Below, piece by piece: positions 63,512-64,000 of a stretch of 64,000 nucleotides of DNA. The number at the start of each line of letters is the position of its first letter. Within the stretch, counting starts at the first letter, position 1. The notes under the pieces are model-generated. The model made no database searches, was not told where the DNA came from, and saw only the letters and a program-made list of their open reading frames with translations. The position numbers were made by a program, and so were the translations under genes. The DNA is taken from positions 4,180-68,179 of the IMG/VR virus record IMGVR_UViG_3300037478_000343; one strand, given 5' to 3'. Origin of the DNA: a virus.

Positions 63512-64000
63512 AGGCCCAGTCTCTGGATGGAGCCATGCAATGACAATCCGGTGTACGGGTAGCTCAACTCTGCAGGCGGAGGCGATTGCCCACCCTGCGC
63601 TGTTGCTGTCTCCGCCTGAACTGCGCCACTACCAAAATTGACTGTGATCACGTTGCCCGATACCGAAACAACGGACGCCTGAACATTTCCAGATCCGCGA
63701 TTGACCGTTCGCGCGGTCCCGTCAGCGGTCGCGCTTTGGGCTTGCGGCGATCCACTGCCAAAGATCGGCCCTACAACCTGTCCCGAGCCTTCAGCGGTAG
63801 CAGTCTGGGCTTGTGGTGAGCCGGTGCCGCTGTTTTCGGTGACGGCCGCGCCTGTCGCTGTTGCCGTTTGAGCTTGAGGACTACCGGAACCAACATTCTC
63901 GTTGATACCGGTGCCGCTTGCGGTCGCGGTATCTGCCTGTGGCGTACCGGCGCCGGTAATGGCTTCCGTCTCGACAGTGCCAGAGCCGTCAGCCGTTGCG
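63508..64000 (-). CDS. repeat-containing protein, 3' part only (gene continues beyond the window end)
   Basis: Hand translation of the minus strand gives about 21-aa tandem units built on G(S/T)GSPQAQTATAxG..., ending ...QSPPPAELSYPYTGLSLHGSIQRLGL. The DNA shows matching 60-63-nt periodicity. Confidence 0.5.
   Translation of the reverse strand, partial: ATADGSGTVETEAITGAGTPQADTATASGTGINENVGSGSPQAQTATATGAAVTENSGTGSPQAQTATAEGSGQVVGPIFGSGSPQAQSATADGTARTVNRGSGNVQASVVSVSGNVITVNFGSGAVQAETATAQGGQSPPPAELSYPYTGLSLHGSIQRLGL

Noticed and set aside
63540-64000. 60-nt periodic DNA repeats that might suggest a CRISPR-like or tandem-repeat array
   Set aside because: Units are imperfect at the nucleotide level but conserved at the protein level (GSGSPQAQTATA), with no spacer/repeat alternation. 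It is a repeat-protein coding region.

Overview
The window reads as most or all of a tailed dsDNA bacteriophage genome (GC about 58-60 % by eye, strong GC3 bias), not a chromosomal segment. I saw no integrase, CI-type repressor, tRNA/rRNA or housekeeping gene. Every call below comes from reading the supplied translations and the raw sequence. No database search, HMM scan or structure prediction was run, so family names are motif-level recognition. Layout: (1) 1-6000, leftward operon: small proteins, a frameshifted C5 DNA methyltransferase, SSB, a coiled-coil protein, YqaJ-like exonuclease, RecT. (2) 6.0-6.6 kb divergent control region. (3) 6.6-13.1 kb rightward replication module: T5orf172 protein, SF2 DEAH helicase interrupted by a 331-aa LAGLIDADG intein, HNH-like protein, Zn-ribbon/Toprim primase, VRR-NUC nuclease. 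(4) 14.3-17.7 kb: small terminase subunit, then a translationally coupled cassette of predicted nucleotide phosphohydrolases (HTH-metallophosphoesterase fusion, DUF5664-like protein, FmdB Zn ribbon, HD hydrolase). (5) 17.7-21.2 kb leftward operon of small proteins (Cro-like HTH, lipoprotein, acidic protein, Zn-ribbon protein). (6) 21.7-23.1 kb gene-free region with twin palindromes, iteron-like repeats and AT-rich tracts, followed by a low-GC endonuclease VII gene. (7) 24.8-29.8 kb cluster of Sec-signal-peptide proteins with FN3 and cadherin-like (He_PIG) domains. (8) 31.7-61.6 kb late module: SPFH protein, large terminase, portal, GroES-like cochaperonin, second Endo VII, scaffold, capsid, GIY-YIG endonuclease, tail proteins, an antisense lipoprotein moron, tailspike, GNAT, and internal virion proteins including a 2327-aa multidomain polyvalent protein. 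(9) 61.6-63.1 kb lysis genes (holin candidate, GH24 lysozyme, convergent overlapped spanins), then a partial repeat-protein gene running off the window end. Most worth a second look: the nucleotide-hydrolase cassette beside terS, the secreted-protein cluster, the polyvalent virion protein, the 1.4-kb iteron region, and the density of selfish nucleases (intein, 2x Endo VII, GIY-YIG, HNH, T5orf172).
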